64,000 bases of DNA, taken from Camelus dromedarius. Its lineage: Eukaryota. The stretch is taken from positions 103,108,001 through 103,172,000 of the forward strand of contig NC_087472.1 of NCBI RefSeq assembly GCF_036321535.1, given 5' to 3'. Position numbers and translations under genes: made by a program. This document shows, one piece after another, positions 24,618 to 37,185 of this stretch; position 1 is the stretch's first letter; each line of letters opens with the position of its first letter. The notes under the pieces were generated by a model that saw only the letters and a list, made by a program, of their open reading frames with translations, was not told where the DNA came from and made no database searches.

Positions 24618-25142
24618 TGGATTTGGGACTCTGAATAGTTCTGTCTCGACTACCTGACCTCCCGCCACAACTCCTGGACCTAGAGGAACTCCGGCTGCGG
24701 CTGCGGCTGCGGCTCCGGGTGTGGCTGCGGCTGCGGCTCCGGGTGCGGCTGCGGCTGCGGCTCCGGCTCCGGCTCCGGCGGCCCCGGCTGCGGTCCCTTT
24801 TTCTTCCTCTGCTTCGAGAACTGTGCCTTTCCCGGCTTTTGGACCTGTGTTTGTGGGATTTCTTCCCCCCATGACTACTCCTCCTTTTCCTCTCGGATTC
24901 CCCGTTTCTCCGGTAGGAATGGCCCGGCCCGGGGCTCCTCCTCCTCCGCGGCCTAGTGTAGTGTTCGTCGTGGCGGCCCATCCTCTCTCTCCTCTCCGAG
25001 TTCTTACCCAAGGAGGAGCCAGTCCGATCTGGAGACAGGTAGATGTCTCGATTAGCTTCCCAAAATTCATTGTTGGGATTTCTGAACACATGAAGAAAGT
25101 TGCAGTGTTTTCCTCTTGGACACTGCTGGATTTCAAATAAAC
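24613..25142 (-). CDS. ZRSR2: ZRSR2 exon 11: second CCCH finger and RS domain, ending IQSPKSK*
   Basis: cattgcag| acceptor; ORF 24613..25170 (LFEIQQCPRGKHCNFLHVF...RSRSRS). Confidence 0.97.
24691..24793 (-). repeat. Coding hexamer repeat (AGCCGC/AGCCGG)n encoding SR dipeptides, with a 24-bp higher-order period
   Basis: ggctgcggctgcggctccgggtg at 24699 and 24723, partial third copy at 24747. Confidence 0.9.
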
Positions 25143-25759
25143 CTGCAATGGCACAGTGAGGAAACGGCACTTACTGCTGGCACGCCATCCTTTGCAGAAG
25201 GTACACCTCTGATGTTCAGTTGGGATAGGACTATTTTCTCCCTATGTACAATGATGTCATAGTTTGGGTGCCCAGAATTTCAAAACTATTCAATGCTCTA
25301 ACAAAGGGCACTGTAAAAAGTAACAAACTAACCAGAATGTCCCATTCCCCTACTGGACTATGGTGTGGAGTGCAACCAAACAAATGGAGATCACATTATT
25401 TTTTCTAGGGTTTTACCATCCTGCTGATTGACAGTACAGATCCCTAATTAACACTCAAGAACCAGCCCTGGGGGTCCCGGGGGCAATGTGCTTTGAGGGC
25501 ACAGTGGTGGCTGTTCAGAACCACTGGCCGAAAGAGCCTACTGTAAGTGGAGGATCCTATATTTTCTTACACTTCAAGAAGATGACGACACTGGCCTAAT
25601 GCTTTAAATTTACCAGGTGCTTTTAATATGGAAGAGTTTTGTCAAAGGTGAAACCTACTTGAACAGTTCAGAGATCTTTTTGGGATTGTCAACCTTTTCT
25701 TTAAAGCGGTAAATTCTCTAAATATGTAGAATAGGTAAAAGTGAAATGCCTGTATTTCA

Positions 25760-26210
25760 ACACCCACACACTATATACACTGAATCAAAATGTATCAGAG
25801 TCCTCAACGTAAGCTGAAACTAAAAAACTCTTTGAAGAAAACATACAAGTAAATCTTTGTAGGCAATAGATTATCTTAGACATGACACCAAAAGCACAAG
25901 CAAAAAAAGAAAAAATAGATATACTGGACTTCATCAAAATTAAAGACTTTTGTGCTTCAAAGGACACCATCAAAATGAAAAGACAACCCACATAATGGGA
26001 GAAAATATTTGCAAATCAAATCTGTGATAAGAGACCTTTCTGTAGAACATATCAAGAACTCTTACAACTCAATGATAAAAAGACTTACAACCTAATGAAA
26101 AAATGGGCAAAATCTGAACAAACATCTCTCCAAAGATGATTTACAATGGCCATAATCCAACAATAAGGACACGAAAAAATGTTCAATATTGCTAGTTACT
26201 AGGGAAAATA
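25760..26210 (+). mobile_element. Old L1 ORF2 fragment
   Basis: gacaccaaaagcacaagc...ggacttcatcaaaattaaagacttttgtgcttcaaaggacacc...tgggagaaaatatttgcaaatc. Confidence 0.8.
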
Positions 26211-27264
26211 AAGCTGTTATTTTAAAAATAAGTGAAATAAATAGCCTCCAATTTGAGGGAGTCAAAGTCACCCTCAGAAGCACCTCACTGAAATCACACT
26301 GGATTCCCAGGAGCTGACAAAAGTAACCGCCTTCATAGAGAAAATAGATTCATCTCTTACAGCCCCCAGGCTTTAGACTTAAGCCTTGGTTCTTCTGGTT
26401 TGCCAAAGCAAGGAATTCTAAATTCTTTTTTTTCACCCTTCAATAAGTGTTTTTTAAGTGAGAGCATCCCTAAAGACCAAGTTACCAAAGACTGAGACTT
26501 TATAAATTACAGATTTTTAAATAAGAGGTTTTAAGCAGGTGAGCATAAGGCAAAGCAAAGGGTAAGGGAAGTTCTCCCCTGAGGCATGGGCAGCTCTTTG
26601 CTTCTAGGCACTTCACAACAAACAGTTCCGCTAAGCCCATCCGATAGTAATCAAAAAAGAAGGAGCCCTTCAAAACTGCTAGCTGCTCAAAGGACTGACT
26701 CATTTCCTGATTCGACAGCCGCTGTCTGATGAGTCAGTCTGACTGAATGTGCCCTGACCGGATTCTACAGCTATAATCAATCTCCACCGCACAAAAGCAT
26801 GTATTTCAGGGATGGCAGGAAATGTTACAGGTAATGGTTTAGGTGGCAAAGATGACAAAAGATTCATTGGGGATAAAGATGGGGGAGGGGGACACAAAAC
26901 ATAGCTCAAGTGAGGGGATCCAATAACTAGAAAACATCTCCAAGACTGCAAGAAGAAGGTAGCTTCCCACAGACAACTTCTCAGGATTCCTGCAGAGCCC
27001 AGGGCTGAAGATGGGAAGACCCGGAGTTCTAGCACCTACTCTCTCGCCTACGCATTGTGACCTCAGTCACCTCATCTATAAACTGGCCCACAAGGTCGGT
27101 TACAGATCTAAAATGTCATGTCCTTTATATCGTGATCTCTGCTCATCTACCATGTGAGGCAAAAGCTATGCTTTGCCCCTTTAAAATATCGTTTTTTTCC
27201 CTAAGAATATCCCTTTACATGACTGTGGAATACTGAGGGAAAATATCATCATGTTGCATTTTAC

Positions 27265-27374
27265 CACAAATTGCCATTTTCCATCGGGTCACTGGGCAGA
27301 ATTCGCACTGAAGCTGCCGTCCTGCGTACCATCGTCCGTTAAACAGAGAAAGGGCTGCTTGGCATTCTTCTTCC
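27265..27374 (-). CDS. ZRSR2: ZRSR2 exon 10: [36 protein letters not shown]
   Basis: tttaaag| acceptor, |gtaaaa donor; UHM RWY motif. Confidence 0.96.
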
Positions 27375-28137
27375 CTTTAAACCATAAATTAAAGGATCCA
27401 CTTTAGATGTGTAGAATTAATCCTATTGTTAATTAACCCTTTGATTTGTTTACTGTAGGACCACCAGTTTCACTCCTTTCGTGCTACCTAGGGAGTCCTC
27501 ACTGCATCATTCAAGCACCCAAGGCTCACAACATATTCAAAAACCCTTTTTACTAACCCTCCCAGAGGTCCTGATGCATGGAAATCGGCTTGAGTCAAAG
27601 CTTCTTAAACCAAAAGACTGGACCATTAAAAATGCAAGTGTTTTCCATTGTCAGAGCCTGTTCTTTCCCAGCTAGGATAGCTGTCCTTCTTTTTACAATG
27701 GTTAATTTAACCCATTAACCACAGCACAACGCAGGCAAAAAGCAAGATGAGCAGAAACGACATGCTAACTGATGTCTTAGTGGGTCAAATGCACACTGAG
27801 ATTATTTGGGGCTTCAATTTCTGGCTCTTTCGATTTATACATTTCTATTCTCTATTCTGGTTATCCCTTTTCAGTTTGTGTTTTAATTATTAAAATTACA
27901 TAAGTAAAAAAATAACTATATTGCACAAGATTAAAAACTCTGTAAGTATACAAAGAATGAAATACAAATGTATTATTTTCAAATCCCTTCTGTATTTCTA
28001 GATCAGCTCTTAATATTTACATGTTTAAAAACACCATGCATATGAAAGCTATACATTCAGTGGAGAAATCCCAGACAGCAATACAATCACAACACTACAC
28101 TGTGACAAAATGTAAAGTTTATGTTCATAATACTTAC

Positions 28138-28193
28138 GATTGATACTGAACATACACATTGCCCCTCAGATGAGGTTCCAAGTTGCAGCTGAC
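28138..28193 (-). CDS. ZRSR2: ZRSR2 exon 9: VSCNLEPHLRGNVYVQYQ
   Basis: tccttag| acceptor, |gtaagt donor; RNP1-like GNVYVQY. Confidence 0.96.
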
Positions 28194-28776
28194 CTAAGGA
28201 GCAATGAAGAATTCCATCATTTAAAAAAAACAAAACCTAAGGAAAAGAAGCCCTCCAAGTCATCAAATGCACTTTTTGTCTAGGCCAACATTTCCAAAAG
28301 TTGTTATCAATCAAAGATTCCAAAATCAAGATACTGCCCCACCCTCAGGTCTATTTAAGGCCCCCAATTATCTGATCCCTGTTGATCCTGACCCTTTTTT
28401 CCCCAAAGATATGAAATGTTTCACACATGCATAAAGACAGACTAGAAATCACCCCATATATACATCACCCAGATTTAAACCTAACATATTCCATTTTTGA
28501 CTGAGAATGTTTAAATACGTGAAACATGAAAGACCCAGCTGAAGCCCTTCCATCCTACTCTTCTCCCTCCTCCATCACACAGATGAGCACGATCCTGAGG
28601 TTGTGTACATCCTTCACATTCCAAACACAAACACACACACATATACATACACACAGACCTACCTACCTACACAGACACATACCCACAGCCATCCATAACC
28701 ACAGACAGGCATTTACACATATAGCATACATGTACCATAAAATATATACATTTAATCTTACACTCGTGCTTTGTGG

Positions 28777-28898
28777 TTTTTTTTCTTGGTGGAGGGGAGC
28801 TAATTAGGTTTACTTATTTATTTAACGGAGGTACTGGGGATTGAACCCAGGACCTCGTGCATGCTAAGCATGCACTCTACCACTGAGCTATACCTCCC
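28777..28898 (-). mobile_element. tRNA-derived SINE (camelid Vic-1-like)
   Basis: Minus strand gggaggtatagctcagtggtagag (A box)...gggttcaatcccc (B box), A-rich tail; 21-bp flanking direct repeats. Confidence 0.88.
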
Positions 28899-29163
28899 AC
28901 CATAAAATATATACATTTATTATGTACAGACATACAAAGAAGTGTATGTCTATTATGTATATATGGGTATACATACATTCACATATACATATGCGAAGAA
29001 ACATGTATATATATGGATAATATACATTTGTACATTTGAAAGTTTTATATAAATAATGTTTATGCACATTCATTTTTTAAGATATAATCATGTAATGACT
29101 TAATGACTCATTTTAAAGTACTATGGTATACATACTTGATATATCAAATTATCAAATTTATTT

Positions 29164-29271
29164 TGAACTCCCAATTTATCCCTTCCCACCCCCTTCCTAT
29201 ATGACCAAAGCACTGTGCTATACACCAGAAATTGACACAGCATTGTAAACTGAATAGACTTCAATTTAAAA
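29164..29271 (+). mobile_element. Very short L1 3' end with a probably inverted 5' piece
   Basis: Sense 3' end like 49900-49980, preceded by about 35 bp resembling antisense L1 3' UTR (cf. 49137-49180); aaatttattt on both sides. Confidence 0.6.
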
Positions 29272-31400
29272 AAATTTATTTATCGACTTCTCTAATGATG
29301 GATATCCAAGAAGCTTCCAATTTTCATCAACAAACGGCGCTGTAGACAGCCTCCTAAATGCATCTCTGCACAGCAAGACGTTGTCTAGTGTGCGTGACTG
29401 GAAGTAGCCTGCAGATTTGCAGGTCATGTGCACCTTCAAGCTCGCTAGGTACTGACAAACTGCTCTCTGAAGTGATTTTACTAATTTACACAACCTCAGC
29501 ACTCTTGGTATTAGAATTCATATCTTTTTTTTACCTAAGTATGAATAATATCTCATTTTAATATGCATTGTTCCCATTACTAGTAAGGTTGAACATTTGG
29601 TCATTTACCTTCAAAAGTGGCAAATCGGATTTGGTTTTATACAATGATATAAAAAGGTCTTCAAATAGTCATACTAATGTTTAGCTTTTATTTTCAAAAT
29701 GAATCTATAATTTTACATATTTTTTCCAGAGTATTTTTATTAGAGCATCTCCAGAGAAGCAGGATCTGTACTGACTGACAGTTTATAGCACCATCCCAAG
29801 AAGGAAGACTGAAAGGCCTCAGGGGGCCATGTCGGCACACCAGGGACCTTAGGGATCATTTAAGCCAGTGGTTCCCAAAGACCCATTATTAATTTTCCAT
29901 GATGAATTTGATGTTTTGGCAATTTTCCTACTAAAAATTTACTAAACAGTTTTCTAATTATAACTGCCAATGTGATTAACATGAGCTTGGCTGACAGAAT
30001 TCTCAACAAAAGGAAAAAATACACTGTAGTTAGCAGGTACCGCCTGTTGCAGATAATGGTGTGATTCCCACTAGGCAGTCCAAGGTTTGGAAAGCAGCCC
30101 CACCACTAACCTCCCAGGAGCAGTGTGCTGTAGGGACCCCACGAGGGAAAACACTCGTGTAGTCCAATCCCTGCCCTTCTGGGACAAGGGAGAGGCACGA
30201 ACAGGTACCAGGCCATGTTCGGGAGCACAAGGCTACTGGACCACACCAACCCCTCAGCCGAGCTTCTCATGTGCACCAAGTCGTGGGTGGCTTGAGTGTT
30301 TATTGGCTCTGCCGAGTAGCAGTGTGAAGACAGGGAAGTGCACGCAATGGAAGCAAAAGGTAAAGGAGAAAGAAAAATTCTGAAAGAATTTTTTTACATC
30401 TTGAAATCAGCAGAGAGGAGGATAGCCTTGAATTTCACGAGTGCCGGGGGTTAGCAGTTGCTCTGTTCCTTGGCTGTTTCAACTTTCCACTGTCATTTCC
30501 CACTAACAGAAAAAAACCCACTGCTTTATTCCTTTCTTTTTCCAAATTACGGGCCATTTCTCCCATCCTAACATAACAAAATCACTCAGCTTGGGATCTG
30601 ATCAAATCGAAGACAGCAGGAGGCTTCCCTGTGTTAGGATTCAACCACTGGTCCCGGGAGCAGCAGCTACTACACCTGACTTCACTCTTACTTTAAGGAA
30701 TGGTTTAAAATAACTGTAATCTGGAATGCCTCTTTTACTCCCTATGCTGCACACAAACCATGACTTTGGGAACACTATATTCAGTATTGAGAGTATCCAG
30801 TGAATAAAAATAATGCAAAAAAAAAAAAACAGGAATTAAGATTTACGTTCTTGGGTAGCTCCAGAAGAAAGAACATGCACTCAGGTGAAGTTGCAAGCAG
30901 GCACCATCAACACAAAACAGTAACAACAAATCGACAACCTCAGTAGGTGGAGTTAAGTGGAGAAGTGTCAAACTGTGCACACCATAGCTCTAGGGGCGAT
31001 CGACTACAGGAGGAGGGAGCACGATCCCCATCACACACAGCATGTACGTGAACACTTGGACAGTTATCTGCAGAGGACCTTATGCAAAGAATTTATCAGC
31101 CAGAAAAAGAGCTGGACCATAAAAGTACTGAAAGACCTTTTCCCACGTAGACCTCAGAACCCAGGAAATGCCACACTAGTGTGTGTTCATGATTTTGTGC
31201 AGTACCTCTACCCTACTGGCAACGACGGGGTTGGAAAAGGGGAGAGAAGGAGTCATCACTCCCTTCCAACAACAGGCCAAGCACTGTGCCACCAGGCATC
31301 CCCACCAGGCAGAGACCCTGTGCCCTCATTTCTCACCCCACTCGGTACTTCAGAGGGAAGCAAACCAGTCCTCTCCTTTGCGCACACTGCACATGCCCAC

Positions 31401-31614
31401 CTTGAACTGGATCACTTTTCCCACGTTCTTGAACTCAGGGAGCACGTCTTCATAGAAGTCCAGGAACTGTTGGTAGGTCTCCTCTTCGCTGTACTCCAGG
31501 CTCGCATCGGGGTCATAGTCGTCTCGTCTGCACTGCTCCATCCCAAACGTCGTAAACATGCTTTTAATAAGAAGAGTGGGACTTGACGTTGGGAAATTGT
31601 GTTTACGTGAACAC
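31401..31614 (-). CDS. ZRSR2: ZRSR2 exon 8: CSRKHNFPTSSPTLLIKSMF...FYEDVLPEFKNVGKVIQFK (UHM)
   Basis: cag| acceptor, |gtgggc donor; 214 nt; overlaps ORF 31350..31559. Confidence 0.96.
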
Positions 31615-34600
31615 CTGGGTACGAAGGAAAAACCGAAATTCAGTCGTCCAATGGTTAGAAGTTACCCATGAAAAGCTCACTTGAAACTCTGATAAAGACT
31701 CAAACAACTTGGCTGTTTTGACTTAACTGTGAGATGATAAACCCCATTCAGACTTTAAATCTCAACTGTTCTAAGGCTGACCAATATACTGGATCTCATT
31801 GAAATTATTTCCAAGTTCATATGCCATTCAGCTGCCTTTACTGAAGTTCAGGAAGCTGTCCACACACGGAAGCCCGGGGAAGAGGAGGTGCGCTGGCACA
31901 GCAGACTGTGATGACAGGTGCACAGACACGCAGGTGGGGCTCCGCGGATGGCAAGGACGATGCAATCCTGGTTCCATACAACTGCCAACTAACCCAATGC
32001 TTAGAGGACAGGGGACTCAGAATTTCGCTAAGTGGAATGCATTTTATAGTTTTCATGGCATTTTTATATTATTCCTCTGATCCTTGCAACCTGTTAGGAC
32101 AGTCAGGGCTAGAATTTTCTCCACTCTGACAAAAGGAAACTGAGGCCTAGAGAAGCACGCGTACTCAAGGCACATGGCTGGTGAGAGAGGATCCAAGAGG
32201 TCAAAGCTGAGAGTCTACGGCCTGTTTGTTATACGATGTGATATACATAAGGAATTTTTTTTTAATGAAGGAGGTTGACCATCGTGAAGAACAATTTTCA
32301 TTTCCCAGTTTAAACTGGACCAGGTTGTTACTGAGTAATTTTTTTAAAAAAATCTTTTATGACTTTACTCTCTTATTCACTTCCTTCTCCTAAAATAAAA
32401 TGAAGGGAAAAAATGTAGTTCAAGATTCCAAATCATCAAAATTTTCATGATTAGTTTTCTAGTTTAGAAATTGGATAAGACAAAATTTTTAGAAAAAAAA
32501 TCCCCAGAACTTTGGAAGAAAAAAAGCTGAAAAACAAGGCAAGTGTTGGAAAATAACAATGGCCCTGCAATGACTAAATGTTTAACTCATCCTCATTTTC
32601 TGTTGTCTGTAACATACATCTGTGCACCTAGTGAGAGAATGCAGACAGAATGCCTCGCATATACCATGCCCAGATCAGAAATGTGCAATCAGTGTTCATT
32701 AATGTGAGATTTTTTATTTTTCAAAGAATCCTCCTGTATTATTCAGTCAGACACCTTGTAATGAGCTCCATCTTCCCAAGTACAGGTACTCACAGAACAA
32801 AGATGTAACCTGGCTGGCAGTGTTAGCAGTGAACTAGACTTTTACAACTATGAAGCACATACAGAATTAGATGAGAAACCAATTTAATGAGGTTAAAATT
32901 CTGTTCACAAGATTATTTTACCTCAATGAACTTGGCTATAGTACCCAGGATGTCAAATGAGCATTTGTGAGTTTTGGAACAGTGCCAAAGTCCCCATCGA
33001 GGGAAAATCCCCACTTGGGCTGGAGATAGTCCATATAATCTGAGTATATTCAAGGCCAGCCCTACAGCTCCTATGAAAAGCCAGCTAAGACAAGAGGTAC
33101 TTGGGAAGGCAACCTAAAGCTGTGGTACCAAGCCCATGTAATTCTCAAAATCACCTGGGAAGAAATGAGATTTCTCAGGTCCTGTCCCAGACCGTCTGTT
33201 TAGAGCTCAAAAAGTGGGGAACCCATGTTTTCAAAGTAACTCCCACCTGGTCCTGAAGGTCCGCCCTATTCGGGAACCCCTGGTTTAGGCCATGCTATTT
33301 ATCCATTACGCAGATACTTGAATCAAGTAAGACTGCCACCAAATCATGCAGTTGGACATTACCTTAGCTGAAGGATGGACAATAAATGGCATGGCTCTCC
33401 AAATGCCCCCTCAGGTATAGCTAATTGACTATGCCTCTTCTTCTATTCTCAAGGGAGCACTCCAGGTACCCACTACCTCTGTCCTTCACAGAATCAAGTT
33501 ACATGCTAAAGTAGGCTGCAATTATTTATTGAAGGTGTTTGTGAGAACCATTCTTGTGAAAATTACATGTGCAACTGTTAATGAAACATCTATTAAAGTT
33601 ATTAGCCACCCTTCTATTCAATGTCTTAGTACAGTATTCCATGGGAGAAACATGTAGACTGTGATGCCTGGAAAATCTTTGTCTTTCTAGAGATCCCACT
33701 CACTCTTCCTTTGTGGTAAGAACTACATAGCTCATTTCTGCCTGCGATGTATAAAACTCCAAAGCCAATGTATTGTACATTCATAATAACTCACTTCTTC
33801 TCCTTTCCTGGCATTTGATTTCTTTCATTTCAGTCAACTTAGTGCAGTAGAAGGAAATGAAACTCACAGCATGGATAATTTTATGAATAAAATAAACATG
33901 AGAGACAACATACAGTTTCTCATTAAATACATATGAATTTGCCTATTCATATCCCCTTTTAGGATGAATAGGACATTAAGATATAATTAAATCTTTTCTT
34001 CTGCAGAGTAAAAAGTAATAATTAGATTTTGCCTCGATGGATTTATTCACCATTATGAATTATTTATCTACTTTAAGTTGTTCATTCATAAACAAGCCAA
34101 ATTATAAAAATCACCATTGCCTAGCATATAGTTGGTATTTAAATACTTGCTAAATGAATGAAAACACTTAGTTATCCACATGAATGTCTTGTTTTAAAAC
34201 CATTGATCCAAGAGGCAGGGAACATCTCAGAAGAGGGGCAACAGTAACAACATGAAAATAGGAGCAAACACTCAGCACATGCCATGTGTCTGGGCCATTC
34301 CACCTGCTTTCCCTGCATTCACTCATTTCAGCTTCACAATCGTCTTAGAAGGGGGTACTATTTTAAATCCCCATTTTATAGACACGAAAACTAAGGCACG
34401 GAGGGCTTAAGGAATCTTCCTACAGTGACAGCCGCTACAGCCAGTTTTTGAACCCAGTGTCTATTCCTCAATCTCAGTCTCAAAGAGCAGACTGAGAATG
34501 TGCATTAGAATTTTCCTCTACTCACTTAGATCCTGTCTTTCACAGATATCCCTTTGGGCATGCCAGTTTTTAAAGCCTCTTTTGTGCACAGTGTTTGCCA

Positions 34601-34959
34601 TTCAAAAATAAAGCCAGGCTGCTCCAGTCTTTTGAAATAGATTATTTCCCCATGCCAGCTGTCCCACATGGACTAATACAAGCACAGGAAGAAAACAAAA
34701 GCAAAAGGTCTTCAGAAAGCTGTGGAAGGAATGCAAAGGAAGCCCTGCCAGAGAACTTGACAAGCCCACTCAGGGAACAGGTACGGGGAGAGCAGGGGGC
34801 ACTCGGCTGGGGAACTGGAACGGCAGCAAGAACGTGGCAGCGCCTGAGTGTGAACATTTCAAACCCAAGCCTGTGCTGCTCCCAAAACGAGAACTCAGAA
34901 ACCTCAACATTTTGAGTCACTTAACTCTGAGATGATAAATCAAAAGCAAAATTAGTTAC

Positions 34960-35078
34960 CTATCTCCGAATCTGCAAGCTCCCGTTTTACTGTAGAATGG
35001 ACAATTAGCTCGATCTTTCTCCATTATTCTTAATTCTGTGGGAGGTTCTGGGTTTTGCCATGTGGTGCCATTCTCCAA
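34960..35078 (-). CDS. ZRSR2: ZRSR2 exon 7: LENGTTWQNPEPPTELRIMEKDRANCPFYSKTGACRFGD (start of first CCCH finger)
   Basis: ttttcaacag| acceptor, |gtaact donor; U2AF35-type finger motif. Confidence 0.96.
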
Positions 35079-35672
35079 CTGTTGAAAATAACCATGACTT
35101 TATTTGGTGTAAAAATCCATGAAGAAATAAATGTTTAAAATGTATTGAAATACTGTGGTCAAAAATAAAAACAGATTCATTTAACAATATACACATTTAA
35201 GCTGTGACACACAATCAAGACTCTACAAACTGTCGTGAGACACGTGTACGTCACTCCTGGCTCCTGGTCACTGCCCACCATCAGGCATTGCTATGGTTAC
35301 CAGGAGCTGGCACCAAGGTTTCCCTTCTGTCCATCCGTTCTAAAAAGGGTCGAAGGACTCGTTAGGGAATCACCCCGTGAGAAATCTTAGTTACTCTGAA
35401 TCAAGTTAAACCATCCATCTCGGGTAAGAATATGTGGCATTGGTTACACACACTTTGAGGACTATAAACAAGTCCAGGCCACAGGGGTGATTTCTGCTTT
35501 TGTTCATCAATTAACTTTTGTTGCTGCTGCTGTAAGTCACAGAGCCACAGATGTAATTCCCACGTTCAGACATGATCTAAGTAGCTTACCACAAAATTAA
35601 TACTACTCGAAGTATTGCTTTTAAAGAAAGGTGCGTTGGTCTCAAATTCTTAATGAAAGGTTTTGAAAATAC

Positions 35673-35711
35673 CTCATTTTCAGCCTGTTCCAGCATCTTC
35701 TGCACAGCTTC
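35673..35711 (-). CDS. ZRSR2: ZRSR2 exon 6: EAVQKMLEQAENE
   Basis: catttgtag| acceptor, |gtattt donor; 39 nt. Confidence 0.92.
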
Positions 35712-36229
35712 CTACAAATGGTGCAAACATAGGACTAATGAAAACCTCGAAGTCAGGTAAGTCACATCTGGTTTCTCTGGTTAAGAATCTCATGTGTAAC
35801 AATTTTTAAAAAACCCATGCACACAAAAGGCTTCAGGTTCTAATTTGCTTTCTACAGCACAGATCTTCTGAAAAGCTTTCGAAAGACATACGGCTGAGAA
35901 CCTTTATTCAAATAGGACATTTAACAGCTCACACTGCAAAACAGAGTCTTCTAGTAGTTTCTGTAAGAGTAATATTTAGAATATTTGAACATATAGTCTA
36001 CATTCTATTTTTAAGATTAAGGTATTAGTGAATATCAAAAAACACAATGCTGGCTGAAACATCACAAACATTTAACAGATGCTGCATGATGACATGAATG
36101 GTAGCAACTGGGATTAATGAAAAACCTCAAACTTTCCAATAAGGCAAAGCCAGCCCCGCAATATGCCAGTACATTTTGATCTCCTTGGCATTTAACTGAG
36201 TTTTAAATTATGTCCAACAGACTTCTCTT

Positions 36230-37185
36230 CCCTACCTCCTTAAAGCATACATACGACTCCTATGTCTAGGTGCTCACTTGACTAACTCTACCTGGTCACT
36301 TAAGGGTCCTTAGTAGCTTAACGTGCTCAAGATGGAATTCTACTCTGCCCCCTCCATCTAAATAATGTTCCATCTCAGTAAATGGTGCTGCCATCTGCCC
36401 ACCTGCTCAAACTAAAAACCTGAAAGTATGACTTGAATTCCCTTTCCCTTCTGCCCTCCCCATCCTCTCAGCACCAGCTAGAGCCACAACACACTCCAAA
36501 TCCATGTACTTCTCTGTATTAAGCACTTCTGTCATCCAGACCACCTCCTGTCCTGTCTGGAACAGCAGCCTTCTTCTAACTGGTCACCATATTTCCACCC
36601 TTGCCAACTTGGTCACCAGTCCCCACCCCCACCACCCATTTTATATACAAAAGTTAGAATGATCTGTTAAAGGTAAAGATATAAATTAGATGAAGTCACT
36701 ACCTGCTTAAAAACCCTTTAACAGCTTTCCATGACACTTAAAGTAAAATCCAAACTCCTTCAGACCCAGGAGGCCTTACACGATGCCCCGCCTACCCTCC
36801 TGACCTCTGCCCCATCGCTGCTGCTCTCTCCTTTGGTCTCAAGAAGTCAGGCACCCTGACCTCCTTTCACCTCCATGCTCAGGCCTCCTCCCTCTGCCTG
36901 GAGCCCTTCTCCCTGAAATCTCTGCACTCAGGCATCAGCTCACACATCGGCTCCTCCTCCGAGAGGTCTTCCTTGACAGGCACTCCAAAGAAGTACTTCC
37001 CTACCCCATCACTCTGTCACGTGACCTTCTTTCTTTTTACCATTTACCATTACCTCAGAGGACTTAAATGATCTCTCTGCTAACTTACCATCCAGCTCCC
37101 CCATCTGGAAAACAAACTCCATGAGTGGAGATCTTTTTCACTGCCCTATCTCTGACCACCAGAGAAGTACCTAGCTCACAGCAGA
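36230..37185 (+). mobile_element. L2 LINE remnant
   Basis: ccatctcagtaaatggtgctgccatc..., aaaatccaaactcct, gagaggtcttccttgac, aaactccatgag: typical L2 3' region. Confidence 0.7.

Noticed and set aside
24570..25154. 194-aa (-) and 139-aa (+) Ala/Gly/Pro-rich ORFs over ZRSR2 exon 11
   Set aside because: Shadow frames of the GC-rich RS repeat; no independent gene signals
30957..31586. 209-aa + strand ORF
   Set aside because: Antisense to ZRSR2 exon 8, starts at GTG, no recognisable domain
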